Shown here piece after piece: positions 1 through 10,732 of a stretch of 64,000 bases of DNA (position 1 is the first letter of the stretch; the number at the start of each line of letters is the position of its first letter). Location: assembly GCA_951406725.2 (NCBI GenBank), contig OX597817.1:122202001-122266000 (forward strand), in the 5' to 3' direction. The notes below the pieces were generated by a model that saw only the letters and a list, made by a program, of their open reading frames with translations, had not been told where the DNA came from and searched no databases. Origin of the DNA: Octopus vulgaris. Taxonomy: Eukaryota. The translations under genes were made by a program, and so were the position numbers.

Positions 1-265
1 TATCAATGTGTCAAGTGTAGTAAACCTGCACTGAAATAACGTTATATCATTCTATAAAGTATTTTCAACCTTTTGCTTTAACATCTCCAGTCATAGATGC
101 CTACTAACCTTTATTGGAGAGAATATGATTTATTATCAGAGCCGAAAATAACGATAACATAGCAAAGAAATAAATTAAAAATCTATCTTAAACTAAAATA
201 TATATCACACGCTTTCTGCGAGCCTGTCTGTATGTATGCGTGTTTATATAAACATGGTTGCATAT

Positions 266-287
266 ATGTGTGTGTGTGTATACATAC

Positions 288-320
<33 letters not shown>

Positions 321-345
321 CGTATACATATATATATATATGTGA

Positions 346-397
<52 letters not shown>

Positions 398-490
398 GTA
401 TATATGTGCAATATATTTATATTCATATATATATATATGTGTGTGTGTGAATATATTGCACATCACACATATAAGCGTGTATGTATATGT
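266..490. repeat. Compound (TA)n/(TG)n microsatellite
   Basis: Direct dinucleotide runs; source of the YI/HT/CV ORFs. Confidence 0.95.
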
Positions 491-1012
491 GTGCGTCTAA
501 GTGCGCGTACGTATTCGGTATGCAGCCTAGCCGATGTAGTTTCCGGTGAGATATCTAACGACGAAATAATGGTCCACAGAGCATGAAATTCCAGGGAAAT
601 ATCTAAGTCTGTGGGTCATCGCTGTGGGTTCCATTAGCTGCTCTCAAAATCATTGTCTGCATGATCAAAGCAAACATGAGATATTTTTCCAAGCGAGAGA
701 TCAACAAAATAACTGGTCCGTCCAAATCCAGCCATTCAAACGAAACATAAATGAAATAAAACCAGAACTTCGAAAAAGCTACGCAATATAGGGGGAAAAA
801 ACAACACAAATATTTAAAATAGCAATATAAATCTTCATCATGTATGTATGAGTGTGAGTGTGTGTGTGTTTGGATGTGTATGTGTGATATTTATAAATGT
901 TTACAAACAGGGTGGGATGCACTCAATATATTTAATAGAGTCTATGCTTTCACTATGATTTCAAAGACGCGAAATTCAGCGTAGTTTTGACGAGAAATCT
1001 TAACTTTCTACA

Positions 1013-1374
1013 TCTATTTATATAAAGCTGAAGTTGTCTGTATGTGGCAGACTTGGCAGCCTTCAACTAACACTATCTCCTCCGAGACCCTGCGGCGCAA
1101 GTTGACTAAAATTGAGAGTATGGTAGAAGAAGGCTCGCTCTTCCTTCCATAGAAGAAAAAATTCAAATCGGACCACGTTAAGACCAAAAATTATTTACAT
1201 CAAAAAGGTGTTTTTTTCTATGAAAATCCCTATTTTTAAAGATTTTTGACAGCTGTGTCGACATTTTTCGGTGTATTTCAACCAGAAAAATGTTCACTTG
1301 AAATTTTTACTTTTCAAAAATTCCAATTCTAAAGGGTCGAAACAAACTCAAGCAACGCCGGGCGATACTGCTAG
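1013..1374 (+). mobile_element. Non-autonomous Helitron
   Basis: 5' TC(TATTTATATAAAGCTG), 3' CTAG, inserted between A and T, subterminal GCAACGCCGGGCGATACTGCTAG identical to the copy at 62515-63026. Confidence 0.8.
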
Positions 1375-1496
1375 TACAAAGATAAATGTGTATGTGTTTG
1401 TGTACGTATTTGAGAGAGCATGTGTTTGCACATGCGCGTGGATGCAGTTTCTCCTAAAATTGTTATTATCCAATGTCAAGCATATACATATATGGT

Positions 1497-1680
1497 GGGA
1501 CTCAACCCGTGACCGTGTAAGACCACTTCCTAGGCTCTTTTTCCTCTAAGAAACCGCTCATTGGTCTTCCCATCATTGATAATGTCTCGTATGGCTCCAA
1601 AGTCCTGTAAAGGCCCTACAAATCATTCCACACAGGCTACAAGTCATTCACCACTCAGTAGCAACACCCTGACCATCTGG
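1497..1680 (-). mobile_element. LINE 3' end fragment (RTE-like C-terminal C2H2 motif)
   Basis: Minus strand reads TCSLCGMICRAFTGLWSHTRHYQ*, like the CxxCGRxCRxxxGLxSHxRxH C-terminus of RTE-group ORFs. Confidence 0.55.
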
Positions 1681-1992
1681 ATACATACATGCATACGTAG
1701 ATCCATATATACATACACACACATACATACATATATACACACATACATACATACTTACATACATACATACATACATACACACAAATCCTTAATTCATTTG
1801 CTACATATGATCACGACATTTTGGATTATAAAAATCTGCAGAACCTTCTTAAGATTTAAAGGATGATGCTTAAAGCAAGACACTTGCCTTCACACCCTCT
1901 CTACCAATAAAGTTGCAGGTCAAAATTACTCTAAACTAAAAGGAGAAAGACAGTGCACACACACACACATACACACACATACATACATACAT

Positions 1993-2041
<49 letters not shown>

Positions 2042-2082
2042 TACATACATACATACATACATACATACATACATACATACAT
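1680..2082. repeat. (CATA)n/(CA)n microsatellites (two blocks, 1680-1782 and 1956-2082)
   Basis: Direct tandem repeats. Confidence 0.9.
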
Positions 2083-2281
2083 ACTGAGTATACACGTACG
2101 GGACATGGTTATAACAGGCACCTAAACGCAATGTGTAGCATAATGCAATGTTTTTTTAATGCGTCAGTGAACATAAAATGCGTGAGTTTGGTAAAATTTT
2201 GGGTTCTTGAAAATTCCAATGGCATAATTTATGCATGTAACGTCATTAATAACATCAACACTATTTTTATAGTCATTTGCT

Positions 2282-2718
2282 GGTGCTTATGTAGTATGTG
2301 ATCCACATACATGTTTCTGGTATAGTTTGTGATCTGGTATAGTTTGTGATCTACATTAGTTCAAATGGTATAGTTTTTGATCTACACCGACTTTTTGATC
2401 TACATTTAAAATTCATCTATTTACTCCACTTACGGTTGGTTTGGTATATAAACCAAAAGCAAACAAAAAAAAACTTTTATGATTGAAACATTTTTAGCCC
2501 TGAGCCCAGTGATGAGAGCACAAGAATTTTACACACAGGTTATTCGAGATGAAGAAGCTGCAATAGAATTTCTCTGACGCTCTGAACTCCTTGGTTAACT
2601 CACTCCTCTAATTATAATTGCAAATTTATAGCAAATTTTTAATGTAGATCACATGCTAGTCTAGATTTAAGTTGCTGTAGATCGCAATGGCATGTAGATC
2701 ACATACTACACCGGAACC
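2282..2718 (+). mobile_element. Merlin/IS1016-type non-autonomous DNA transposon
   Basis: 27-bp TIRs starting GG (GGTGCTTATGTAGTATGTGATCCACAT / rc GGTTCCGGTGTAGTATGTGATCTACAT), perfect 8-bp TSD CATTTGCT (2274-2281, 2719-2726), subterminal repeats GGTATAGTTTGTGATCT, internal MRAQEFYTQVIRDEEAAIEFL*RSELLG resembling a Merlin transposase N-terminus. Confidence 0.8.
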
Positions 2719-2861
2719 CATTTGCTTTTAATCTTAGAAGTTCAATTATTAACAAAATGGATATTATTATTTAACAATCGTATTAGAGATTGATATAAAC
2801 ACCAAGAAATATTTGACATGAAAACGAGTAACTAATACCTGAATGTATTGTGTATTGTGTT

Positions 2862-3090
2862 GGCGGCGAGCTGGCAGAAACGTTAGCACGCCGGGCGAAA
2901 TGCTTAGCGGTATTTCGTCTGCGTTACGTTGTGAGTTCAAATTCCGCCGAGGTCGACTTTGCCTTTCATCCTTTCGGGGTCGATAAATTAAGTACCAGTT
3001 ACGAACTGGGGTCGATGTAATCGACTTAATACCTATGTCTGTCCTTGTTTGTTCCCTCTGTGTTTAGCCCCTTGTGGGCAATAAAGAAAT
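2862..3090 (+). mobile_element. tRNA-derived SINE family A (Meta/MESC-like central domain), full length
   Basis: GGCGGCGAGCTGGCAGAA head, B-box GAGTTCAAATT, GCCTTTCATCCTTTCGGGGTCGATAAA..AGTACC domain, AATAAAGAAAT tail, TSD-like ATGTATTGTGTATT; many copies in window. Confidence 0.9.
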
Positions 3091-3214
3091 ATGTATTGTG
3101 TATTTATCATATACAATAGGATAAACACCGCCCTCTGTACGTTTTCCCCGAGTTTATGTTTGAGATGTTTAACACTTACACATTATTCTTATTGTATATG
3201 TAAAAGTCCATTGA

Positions 3215-3500
3215 CTAGTGACTCTTTTCTCGATTCGAACCGAAAGTGGTAAGACACATTGTCCAGTATACCATTGCTTGATAGAATATGGTTCTTCCTG
3301 GGAGAAATTTGAGTGCCACATCAAACGGAACCAACGATCGCATACAGAGAGGCCTTCCAATGTTGTTCTATATAGGTTTAGTTGATGACGTACGATGAAC
3401 ATCGTTTCAATCATGGCCAACTCAAAATGTTTGTATATAAGGAATAACATTGTCCAACAAATCGTTTGTTCAAGATGGCAACCGGAAATTTGAGTGGGAT
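3215..3500 (+). pseudogene. Possible decayed C2H2 zinc-finger coding relic
   Basis: HCPVYHCLIEYGSSWEKFECHIKRNQRSHTERP then frameshift FQCCSI*V*LMTYDEHRFNHGQLKMFVYKE*HCPTNRLFK; stops and a frameshift. Confidence 0.3.
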
Positions 3501-3510
3501 TTTACTGCTC

Positions 3511-3905
3511 AGCGCAGGCCTGGCAGTGTGACAAAACGCTTGCTTCCCAGTCACACAAAGTTCCGGGTTCAGTCTCACTATGTGACATCTTAGGTAAGAT
3601 TCTTTTACGATAGCTTCGGGTTGACAAAGGCCTTGTGAGTGGATTTGGTAGACGGAAACTGAAGGAAGCCCGTCGTATTTGTCTCTGTGCATGTATCTTT
3701 GTTGGTCTGCCACCAACACTTGACAACCGACGTTGATGTGTTTACTTCCCCGTAACTTAGAAGTTCTGTAAAAGAGACCGTTGTAATATGTACCGAGCAT
3801 TAAATAGAAAAAAGTACTGGGGTCCATTCTCTCGACTAAAATTCTTCAAGGTGGTGCCCCAGCAAGGCCGCAGTCTAATGACTGAAACAAGTGAAAAATG
3901 AAAGA
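3511..3905 (+). mobile_element. tRNA-derived SINE family B (CORE-like domain), diverged
   Basis: GTTCCGGGTTCAGTC, CCTTGTGAGTGGATTTGGTAGACGGAAACTGAA, GGCCGCAGTC..TGACTGAAACAAGT tail shared with other copies. Confidence 0.85.
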
Positions 3906-4024
3906 AAAAAGAAGGTAAAGCGACTATGTCGAAGCCCGTTTATTGAATACCGAAATCAGCGAATATACATCAACTTTACCTTACGTGTTACAGTCGAAAG
4001 TGATTTTCTACCTGCCACCTTCTC

Positions 4025-4083
<59 letters not shown>

Positions 4084-4704
4084 TTCTTACTTCTTTCTTT
4101 CACAGGAGTGGTACATGTAAATAACAGGATGAATTACTTGGGGAGGCTGTGATACGTGGAAGGAGAAAGGGCTGGCGGAGTTTCGGTTACATATTTGAAA
4201 ATACATTAGCATCATAAAAGATATTCACTCATCATATTTATATATACATATATATCATACTTGTGGAGTAATGTTATTTTCTTTCATATTCCAATTCTTT
4301 TCAAGTCAAACCAGTTGCAACTAATTATTTTCTGCATTTCTCTAATCAGTTAAGAAACTTGCTTAAGGGACATGAGGAAATGCTTCAGAAAATATTGATT
4401 CGTATTTAAGTTTCAAGTCGTGTGAGCTCCCGATGAATTGTAGGTAAATTTCTCAATCAATAATTCATTAGCTGACTACAGCAGCGGACATGAATTTTTC
4501 ATTACGTTTTCGGTGTTAATTTCTTTTCATCAGAACATGAGGCTTTTATTTCAATTTAATTAATTTTAAACCCAAATTCAATATTCCGTCTATTCAGAAG
4601 ATAGTGAAAGCAATGATCTTATCTTTGCACATGTGATATTTCAATAAGTGAAATATCGAGATAAATGAATATATGTATAAATGAATAGATGCACAAGATT
4701 TGAC

Positions 4705-4758
<54 letters not shown>

Positions 4759-5547
4759 CAAATATGCACATACATACTTACGTGTGGGTGTATGTATGTA
4801 TATGATGCCCACACATACATACACACACTCATATTTACACATGCATGTATATATGTATGTCTGTGTGTGTATATATATATATATACACATATATACATAC
4901 ACTTATATATTATCTACACATCTGTGTGTGTGCGTGCGTGCGTGTGGGTGTGCGCGCGCACATAACAAGAATATTAAATTTTGTATTAAATACGGCTTCG
5001 CTAATAAGACGCTTTATACATCTTACATATGTTTAAACAGGTACGTAAACAAACATCTATATATGTATACAGCCTATATCTTCGTACTCAAAAATTCATG
5101 TAGAATGATACATCTTCAACATCATCATCATCGTCATCATCGCCATCACCATCATCATCATCAAAAACAACAACAACAGCTCTACTCAGAAACGAGGAGG
5201 GCATTCATTATATCCACAATGACTTGAACACAGTCTTGCTGCTAATATTTCTTTTTTCTTGGAAAAAGGCATATTCCAATAGAAATGTAATCAGTGATTA
5301 TTGTATATACTCATGTAATCATTTATAATTCTTCAACGTAGTTCCTAAATGGCTCCTTAGTAAATGACACACTCGTACCGTTGTCGTCTTCCCTATAATG
5401 ATATCTACTTCATCTTTGCTTCCCTCTCTCTGTAATAAATTTTGATAAGTTTCAGCTAATACTAGCCTCTGATAAAAAAGCATTTTGTATTGCCTAACAT
5501 TACTTTGTAACTGTGGTCAATTTTACCTTTCTTTTTCTCTAGAGTAG

Positions 5548-5740
5548 ATAAAATAAAATACCAGTAAGTACTGATGTTGTTCTAAGCGATTGTATTCCTT
5601 TCTCCAGATTTAAGACCTTGAATCTATGGTATACATAAATATTGGGGATATGTTTAAGGCGGTGAGCTGGCAGAATCGTTACTGCGTCGGGAAAAATGCT
5701 TAGCGGCATTTCGCCCGTCTTTACGTTTTGAGTTCAAATT
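5548..5740 (+). mobile_element. Tandem fragments of SINE family A
   Basis: 3' part (ATAAAATACCAGT..GACCTTG) followed by a 5' head GGCGGTGAGCTGGCAGAATCG..GAGTTCAAATT. Confidence 0.7.
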
Positions 5741-6207
5741 TTTAATGTCATTTCTAATAATATTTAATGATAAAACTATAATGGGATTTTTTTTTAAACG
5801 TTGAATGGTTTGAGGGATCCACTCGAGTAATATAGGAGCTAAAAGAGACCATAAGTCAAAATTGGTTGAGAACCACTGCTGTAGATAGTTGTTCAGTTGT
5901 GATTGAAGACGGATACCTCAATTGTATTTTCTCTTCATATTAGGCTAAAACTCACATTATATTTTAGAAAATAAACATCAAACTATTGAAATGTTAAAAT
6001 TCTAAGGGCCCCAGGCTGTACTGAAAATGTTTGTAGTATAATTTGGAAACGTATATAATTATACCAATATTATAAAGTTTGATATCATTATATATCATTA
6101 TATAATATCACAAGAAATTCGAAGGAAAGCTGAACAGTAGAGATTCTTTAGGGAAGACACCCCAACCCTTTGCAGAAGTTTTGGCTTTTAACTCTTTACA
6201 TTTTCAG

Positions 6208-6240
6208 GGCTCGAGCATGCATCCCGATCATTACTCTTGG
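6208..6240 (+). other. Candidate 33-nt internal exon
   Basis: TTTAAC-TCTTTACATTTTCAG acceptor, G|GTATGT donor, length 33, open in all three frames; no transcript evidence. Confidence 0.3.
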
Positions 6241-7298
6241 GTATGTCGTTGCAGCTCTATTTGTGTGCCACATTCCTGAATATTCAAAGTAACTTAGAAG
6301 CCAAGATACTTTAGACATAGTAATCTCTTAGCTGTGAGACACCAGCTGAACATTGATGTATTTATAATCAGTACACTCATACCATAAATGAAGGAAATAA
6401 ATTTCATTGGCATTACTATTTGAATATTTATTTTAATCATTATTTCGATGGAGTTTCACGATTGTGAAAATATTTTCTAAATTTTATTCGGATTCACACG
6501 AGCATTTCGTATCTGTTGCTGCAAGCTTAGCTCCGTTAGTATTAAGGAAAGAAGTTTTTATTCAATTATATATATTTTTCATTTCTCATGTTATTGCTGT
6601 TGCTTTATCATTCTTGCCAAGTCAGCCTTGACCAAACAGACTCATGATCTAATACGTTCTGAGACCTTGCAATCTTTTTTACCGTTGATACATACTATAT
6701 CTATGACTATGCCATCCAGTGTATGCTTTTCGTTTTAAAGACTATGTGTCCATAAGAGATTTGACTGCTAATTCTGGGGTATCGAGCGACTATTTAGAAT
6801 CCTCCATTTTAACTCCATCAATTTCTTCTATATTATTCACAAATATGTTTACTATCAGAAATATTCTCGATATAATAAAAAAAATCTATTAATAGAATTA
6901 AAGAATTATTTCCATTAGACATTCACGACCTGTCTTTAAAATGTAGTCAAAACAGAAAAAATTCCAGCAGTATTATAATGTATTATATTACATTAGATTT
7001 CACTATATTATCATATATTATATTATAAAGTGAAAAAAAAAACTCTTGAGAATATTATAGGAAGGTTATTAGTTTTAGAGCGATTTTTTTTTCATTTCCC
7101 GCGCTTATCTTCATTCCAAGTTAGCTTGCAGCTTAGGAAATTGCCGCATATGTGAATAAAAGGTTATATTATTTGCATATAAACGATTATATAAATGGAC
7201 GCCAATAAACAAAGTGAGATTTTCGGACGCAATCATTTTACACATTACGCAGTCAAACACAATCAGTCAAAATACAGCATTGAACAAATCAATGCAAA

Positions 7299-7347
<49 letters not shown>

Positions 7348-7508
7348 TTCTCTACGGTATATTCCAATGTCAAAATAAAATCAGGTCATTATGCTTGATA
7401 TGACATTTCACAAATACACCAAAGAGCAAAGATGGTATATATATATATATTTTTTTTTTAAATGGTATATATATATGTATATATATACTATTTTAAAAAT
7501 TCTTTTTA

Positions 7509-7814
7509 TTCTTTTATTGTTTTACTTGTTTCAGTCATTTGACTACGGCCATGTTGGAGCACAGCTTTTGCTCAAATAAATCGACCTCAGGAATTATTCT
7601 CCCGTCTCTTTTGCAGAACCGTTAAGTTATAGGGAATTTAACATATACCAGCATCGGTTGTCAAGCGATGGTAGTGCGGGACAAACAGACACACAGACAC
7701 GCACGCACACACACACATATATATATGACGGGTTTCTTTCAGTTTCCATCTGCCAAATCCACTCACAAGACTTTGGCTCGAGTCTATAGCAGAAGATACT
7801 TGCCCAAGGTACCA
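7509..7814 (-). mobile_element. SINE family B, 5'-truncated
   Basis: TTTACTTGTTTCAGTCATTTGAC...CCACTCACAAGAC...TTGCCCAAGGT matches rc of family consensus. Confidence 0.85.
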
Positions 7815-7884
7815 TATATATGTATGTGTGTGCGTATGTATGTGTGTAAATACAACAAAATCAAGGATATAAATTCTCTTAAAG

Positions 7885-8160
7885 GGAAGCGCACATATGA
7901 AATTTGCTCGTCACTTCTTCTCCGTAGCCAGACAGATCCATTTCTTGGCCGTATTGTAACTTGCAATGAAACGTGGATTCTATACATTAATAAAAAATGT
8001 TCTTGGTTGGACAAAAATAAAGCACCGAAAACCTTCCCTAAACCCGAGTTCTTCAAAAAGAAGGTTATGGTGACTGTTTGGTGGTATACTGCAGGACCCG
8101 TCCATTATAACTTCTTAAAACCCGGGGAAACCATTACTGCAGTAACATATTGATATGAAA
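7885..8160 (+). mobile_element. Mariner transposase fragment (catalytic-domain N-half)
   Basis: DPFLGRIVTCNETWILY..SWLDKNKAPKTFPKPEFFKKKVMVTVWW..GPVHYNFLKPGETIT matches mariner IVTGDEKW / KKVMVTVWW / PGETIT motifs; first D mutated to N. Confidence 0.9.
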
Positions 8161-8297
8161 TTGCCGATATATAATATTGGCTAAAGAAACAATATTTTCA
8201 CGCTATAGTTATAGCTGTATCTGCTTCGAGTTTCATTGTTTCCAAAAAGGAATAATTTCACTTTCTCTCGGAATTTCTAAGTCCATATGAAGTCAAG

Positions 8298-8347
<50 letters not shown>

Positions 8348-8525
8348 GAATAAAACTTATATATAAAGAACGTGAAATTCACGAATTGACAAACACGGAA
8401 AAACGGACAGTAATTCAGAGCCTTCATTCTTCAGTCAGAAACCGATTCATCATGGCAAATTTCGATATACATAGTGTTGTGACTCGCTATTATTCACAGT
8501 TTTCTGTGCTTCGAGAATCACTTTC

Positions 8526-8573
<48 letters not shown>

Positions 8574-8595
8574 TGTGTGTACACACGCACGCGCA

Positions 8596-8797
8596 CAGTG
8601 TTGAAAAGTTCCTGGCTTTAAAGGTGTCACGAAAAGCCTGGTTTGAAGCCCAACCTCCCGAATTCTTTTAAGGGGCTTAGAAAAACTGAAGGACCGCTGC
8701 AGTTAAGTGCATGACTCTGAGAGCGGAATATGTTTAATAAAATCATAATTAACTGTATTTTCTTTTACCTAAAGCCAGTAACTTTCAGCACCCCCTC
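8596..8797 (+). mobile_element. Mariner-derived MITE
   Basis: TIRs GTGTTGAAAAGTTCCTGGCTTTA / rc GTGCTGAAAGTTACTGGCTTTA; internal KAWFEAQPPEFF..GLEKLKDRC = mariner C-terminus. Confidence 0.75.
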
Positions 8798-10129
8798 ATA
8801 TATATATATATATAAATATTCACGGCAAAGAAGGAAAAGCTTATATAATCAATTATTCATCGATTGCTTAAAACATTTTTCCCGTAGCATAACCTTTTTT
8901 TTTATTACGAAATTAACTTGTAGTTTGTGTATAACTAATAGTATGAACGAATGCAACATATGAAGATATATTTTAGCAAACGGACACTTCTGCAGTTTTT
9001 AAAAAAATGTTTATTATGCAAAATACAGAATTCATGTCTCAAGAAATATCACTACGCAATTACATTACAAAATTTCAACTTGGCTTCCTTGAAAACTACA
9101 TAAATCATACACGAAATTTGAAAATGATATCGGGAATTGTGAAACACTAGAATGGGAGAAATTTATAACAGCGTATAGTATGCATGATTTGTAGCTTGTA
9201 TTCGTATATATTTTTTTTAAGTAACGAGCTGGAACACACACACACGTATGTATCTATCTATCTATTCTGTATGTGCGCGTGTTTCTATATGTATACACAC
9301 ACATACGTATATACAAGCATTGTAGCTCATCTATTTGTCATGGCATTTTGAGAAATCGACATGGAAATATATCTGATACAATTCTGCAGCTTTACACTAT
9401 AGCTATGATATTACGGATAGTTAATGATATTACGGATAGTTGATGATATTTGATAATCGTACTTTGCTGAAAAGATGAATAGATATATACAGCGCGAAAA
9501 ATTCTTCTAAACTCAATTAGAGAAAATAAAGAAGTTGTCGACGATAGTTGATTGTATCTTTATTCTATTTCCCGGTTTCAATTTAGGATTTCATCAACAT
9601 AAAGCGAAACGATGTTCCTTATTTTTTGCCAAGTGTGTGAAATATTTGAATTATTAACGGCAAAACCAACTTGTTGAGATTTTGTTGTTGTTGTTGTTGT
9701 TGTTGTTCAAGTCAACTCTAATTTAGCAAATCTATGAATAAAAGCTTTTCATCCATGATCATGAAGTCGCTCTTTTTTTTTATATACGTATTATATTAAT
9801 GATCGTCCAGCTGAGTTAGAAGGATGACGTACAACCAGTTAAGAGCTCATCAGCTTTCCTAGTTTACTCGGTACTTTGTTGTGTTAGTTGCTCTTATACG
9901 TAGTTCTTACGTGTTCTATGATCAGCTTTCTGTATGTAATACACAATAGAAAAAAAAAACACCAATCCAAAGAGCGTCAGAACACTTGATTCAGTTTGTC
10001 ATTATAGTTCCAAGTTCAATTACGTCTATAGAAAATTTCCCTGCAAAAGATTAACAAACTATCTAGGAAAAGATTTATCATTCTTATGCATATGAAAAGA
10101 TAAGCACCAAGCTATGTGTTTTATTGTGA

Positions 10130-10380
10130 TTCAGAAGACAATTCGCTGTTCTAACTCTTATTCGTCCTTTCACGGATTCCACTGTTCTCAAACCACCTCC
10201 ACTCAGGTATTCCAGACTTACACGTATCTCATCCTCTCGCCATCCAGTACTGTACCTTACCCAATCTTTACACTAACGACTTTCTTCAGCAAATCCTTCC
10301 CAGTCCATGTTTTCTCTACTATGTCGACATGCAAATGTTCAAAAGGAACATAAACTGCATTGACATCACCAGTCTTAAAA
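10130..10380 (+). mobile_element. CR1/L2-group LINE 3' fragment, degraded
   Basis: Frameshifted remnants PVHVF and MQMFKRNIN resemble the LPxxVFP..LQxFKxxIN C-terminus; similar to the 3' part of 48290-49820. Confidence 0.45.
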
Positions 10381-10462
10381 GGCCTGTGATGGCCATACTT
10401 TTCCCTTTCTCTCGATTATCAAAAGCTTGGCTAACATTTTATTCATTTTGCTGTTTCGTCAG

Positions 10463-10732
10463 CACCTAAGATTACTGGTAATACAGTTTTCTATTTAAGA
10501 GATGACGGCATATGGCGTAGTGGTTAAGAGCGCAAGCTACTAACCACAAGATTCCGAGTTCGATTCTAGGCAGTGACCAGAATAATAATAAGAAGAACAA
10601 GAACAACAACAACAGCATACCTTAGGAATGAGAAATTTCCCCAAGACACCTGAAGAAGGCTGGAGGGTATATCAGCCGAAATGTTGTGTCAAAATCAAAC
10701 AAGATGAGGATATACTTTATTACAAGCAGCTA
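10463..10732 (+). mobile_element. tRNA-headed element with minimal hammerhead ribozyme (Penelope-like tail), copy 1
   Basis: A-box TGGCGTAGTGG and B-box GAGTTCGATTC (10507-10578), (AAT/AAC)n linker, HHR core at 10645-10690; flanked by 16-bp direct repeat TTTGCTGTTTCGTCAG (10447-10462, 10733-10748). Confidence 0.75.
10645..10690 (+). ncRNA. Minimal type-I hammerhead ribozyme motif
   Basis: GACAC-CTGAAGA-A-GGCTG(gagggtatat)CAGCC-GAAA-TGTT-GTGTC: stem I GACAC/GTGTC, stem II GGCTG/CAGCC, conserved cores. Confidence 0.7.

Noticed and set aside
7668-8153. 161-aa ORF as an intact SETMAR-like gene
   Set aside because: The N-terminal half is SINE plus microsatellite; the mariner part lacks the first catalytic D and ends at a stop before the remaining catalytic residues
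9820-9862. CTGATGAG hammerhead start on the minus strand (also a weaker motif near 35190-35230)
   Set aside because: No GAAA core or stem II partner at the expected spacing in the first; no paired stem II in the second
10507-10578. tRNA gene (also 12153-12226, 15440-15510, 34985-35054)
   Set aside because: A/B boxes are present but the acceptor and anticodon stems do not pair properly, there is no oligo-T terminator, and the sequences continue into SINE bodies
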